Assembly (NCBI GenBank): GCA_040954595.2
Contig: CM082581.2
Coordinates: 13,217,921-13,281,920, forward strand
Length of the DNA stretch: 64,000 nt
Origin: Balanoglossus misakiensis
Lineage: Eukaryota > Animalia > Hemichordata
Reading direction: 5' to 3'
Part shown: piece after piece, positions 60,501 to 64,000 of the stretch
Layout: every line of letters begins with the position of its first letter
How positions within the stretch are numbered: the first letter of the stretch is position 1
Translations under genes and position numbers: made by a program
Notes under the pieces: model-generated
Seen by the model: the letters and a program-made list of their open reading frames with translations, nothing else
What the model was told of the DNA's origin: nothing
The model's database searches: none

Positions 60501-61628
60501 TCATTAACTGCAAAATAGGAAATTAGTAAATCTTCAGAAGTTTTTATATATGCAATTGATAATTAATATGCTTGATGTAAGCTGTATAGTCGGATTCAAG
60601 AGAGTCATGTGAACTGGGTGACATGACTTGCAGGCCAGCATTAGATATTAATTATGTTAATTTTAATATCAGCCTATTATTATATGAAAAATACAAATAT
60701 AACAATTAACTGACAAATCAGTAAAATTTTAGATTGTAACTGTGATTGCATTAATCATCCAAAACTTACCTTTTCCAGTTCTTTAGGGATATTAAGGAAG
60801 GCATAAACCCTGTCTCTTTTCTGTGTGTACTTGGCTTCATCATGTTCTAAATAATATCCTCTGGTGACCTCTGCTGATATGTATTTGAAGAGTGGCAGAT
60901 CTGTTCGCGAGAAAAAATCTATTACTCCGGATAGATAGATGGACATACAGATGGAGAGCAATCTATTAGTCCCTTCCCCGGACGTCGTCCTTGGGGACTA
61001 ATATTAATATTGGGTAGTCATACACTGAAAGATAGATTGAGATGTCATAATACAGTACCAGGTCCTGAAAAGATGGGTCTAACCACATGGAGGTAGTTAG
61101 GTCTCGTGCATCTGTCCAGATCCTCCCCAAGAAATATTTACTGATAATGATATGGCTAGGTCTAGGTCATCGTACATCATTCATATGTTTACACTTCCAT
61201 TGTTTAGTTCATTACGTCATTTGTAAACAACATGAACATAACACTTCGACTTCTTTTTCATAAAAGAAGATCTGATACAAATGTGCCCTGTAGCCGTTCG
61301 GGGGGAATGTTCTTACGAACTGGAAATTCATGAAATTTGTAAATGCATCAATGATCATACACCACAAACACTACGATGAACCATTCCCCATTTGTACACA
61401 TCATCACATGGGGGTGTGTACGTGTATGAACGAAGGCTCAGCTAGCTCTGCGGCACTGACGATTTCGATATGGTTGAGTTTATACGTACTGGGTTTACTT
61501 TCTTCGAATACACCACTTCCGTCTTCTGTTTTGTCGTCCACGTTGCCTATGGTCTCAACGTGTGAGGCATCGTCCGCTTGAACGTTTCGGCGATGGCATC
61601 GCTCAGACTTCTCTTCGTCTTCCGCCAT
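57515..61628 (-). CDS. TAPT1: Transmembrane anterior posterior transformation protein 1 (EMP65/DUF747 family)
   Basis: AEVTRGYYLEHDEAKY, IPKELEKLM.YGFFLCMDAFL, LQPAQICDLLK, HIVRGQAVIKLYIIYNMLEVADRLFSSFGQD, FQATTLNVAFNSHNKALL, RRMGFVPLPL, FKVFNSIVLFGKAC, LSEIDRYTLCSSHIV*. Confidence 0.95.
59412..59510 (-). other. U12-type GT-AG intron in TAPT1
   Basis: Minus-strand donor GTATCCTT and branch site TCCTTGAC about 9 nt before the AG. The frame is preserved (MAYV-F-GHCVLIL). Confidence 0.88.
60925..61001 (+). mobile_element. Fragment resembling the 3' end of a Helentron-associated (HINE/DINE-like) non-autonomous element
   Basis: A degenerate tetranucleotide tract (GATAGATAGATGGACATACAGATGGA) followed by a terminal hairpin ATTAGTCCC...GGGACTAAT in AT-rich context, in TAPT1 intron 1. 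Confidence 0.5.
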
Positions 61629-62507
61629 CTTTTCAAAATAACTTTCAAGATAAAGGGCCTTGTCATGACCTCATTTGCCTTGCAGCGTTTAGGTCAAAAA
61701 CAAAAGTAGTCCCTGTATCGTTTATAGGCGGCGCGCTTCAACTTCCATTCCTCGCCTCGTGAACTTGAAGTTGAGCAGACTGGGGCAAAGTGTCACGAGT
61801 AGGATTGGGCAGATTGGATGAAAACAAACATAGGCGCCCGTATTGTGTGTAGTAAACTGGAAATATTCGGAAAAGGTTGGTTTTTGGGTTTGATGTAAAG
61901 TTTACATACACAAGTGCACGCCGAAAGTGATTTATGGCTAAGTTAGGTGGTCACTCACCATGGTGACTTGACTTCCCCGTACGCCTGCGCTTTGGGACTC
62001 TTCTCCAAAACAGAAGTGTACACAGTGTGTATGTGAGGGTTACCATCGAAATTATTGTTTTGATTCAAGTGCTGGGAGACATTCCGAACATGTATGAGTA
62101 GCTGTCATCCAGAAATCGTAAGTTGTGCATGAACTTTTAGCTGTGGCAGTTTTGTGACGAGGCAATATACGCGGACCGGGTCGTCAAAACTCACCGCTTG
62201 TGTTGTACACGTCCCACAATAGTCATATAATTGCCCTGTCACAGAGGATAGAATACCCCTGTTTGTTATGTTTGATGCTGCGTCCCATAGGATCTCGTTT
62301 AATTTCAATATGCCACAGTATCCCGAGGGACTGTATGTACACGAAATAGTTACAAAGGGCACTAGCTTGTCGAGGCAACCAACTCTAACAAGTTGTGATC
62401 GGGAGGTGGCGCTGTAATGTTACCCCAAAGATGAGATGTTATTGCATGTGACATGTTTTCCTTTGCCACCCACAACTTTGACCTTTGGTCTTGTGCATTC
62501 CCAGATA

Positions 62508-64000
<1,493 letters not shown>

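Overview
This is gene-dense, intron-rich animal DNA with short GT-AG introns, most likely from an invertebrate deuterostome (a hemichordate-like genome is my inference only). It is not prokaryotic. Spliced genes in order: GPAT3/4 (5' part, -), ATP5ME (+), DNAAF9/C20orf194 (-), an intronless TRIM-NHL (+), an unconventional myosin (-), a secreted/anchored extracellular protein (+), THOC3 (-), CHMP7 (-), KCTD9 (+), an ~8 kb gene-free gap, an intronless FoxI (-), an uncharacterised 228-aa ORF (-), TAPT1 (-) and LRP2BP (+, runs off the end). Two divergently oriented neighbours stand out. The first is a kinase-less class-III-like myosin motor with one IQ motif fused to a SMAD-type MH2 domain that has a shortened L3 loop and no SSxS tail. 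The second consists only of a FRAS1/FREM2/ECM3-like membrane-proximal domain, with a signal peptide, furin sites and a hydrophobic C-terminus. Also seen: two U12-type introns, two tiny palindromic insertions with target-site duplications, a Helentron/HINE-like fragment, and an orphan ETS-CRE promoter-like site. Gene identities come from my recall of family sequences, not from database searches, and exon structures were assembled by eye.
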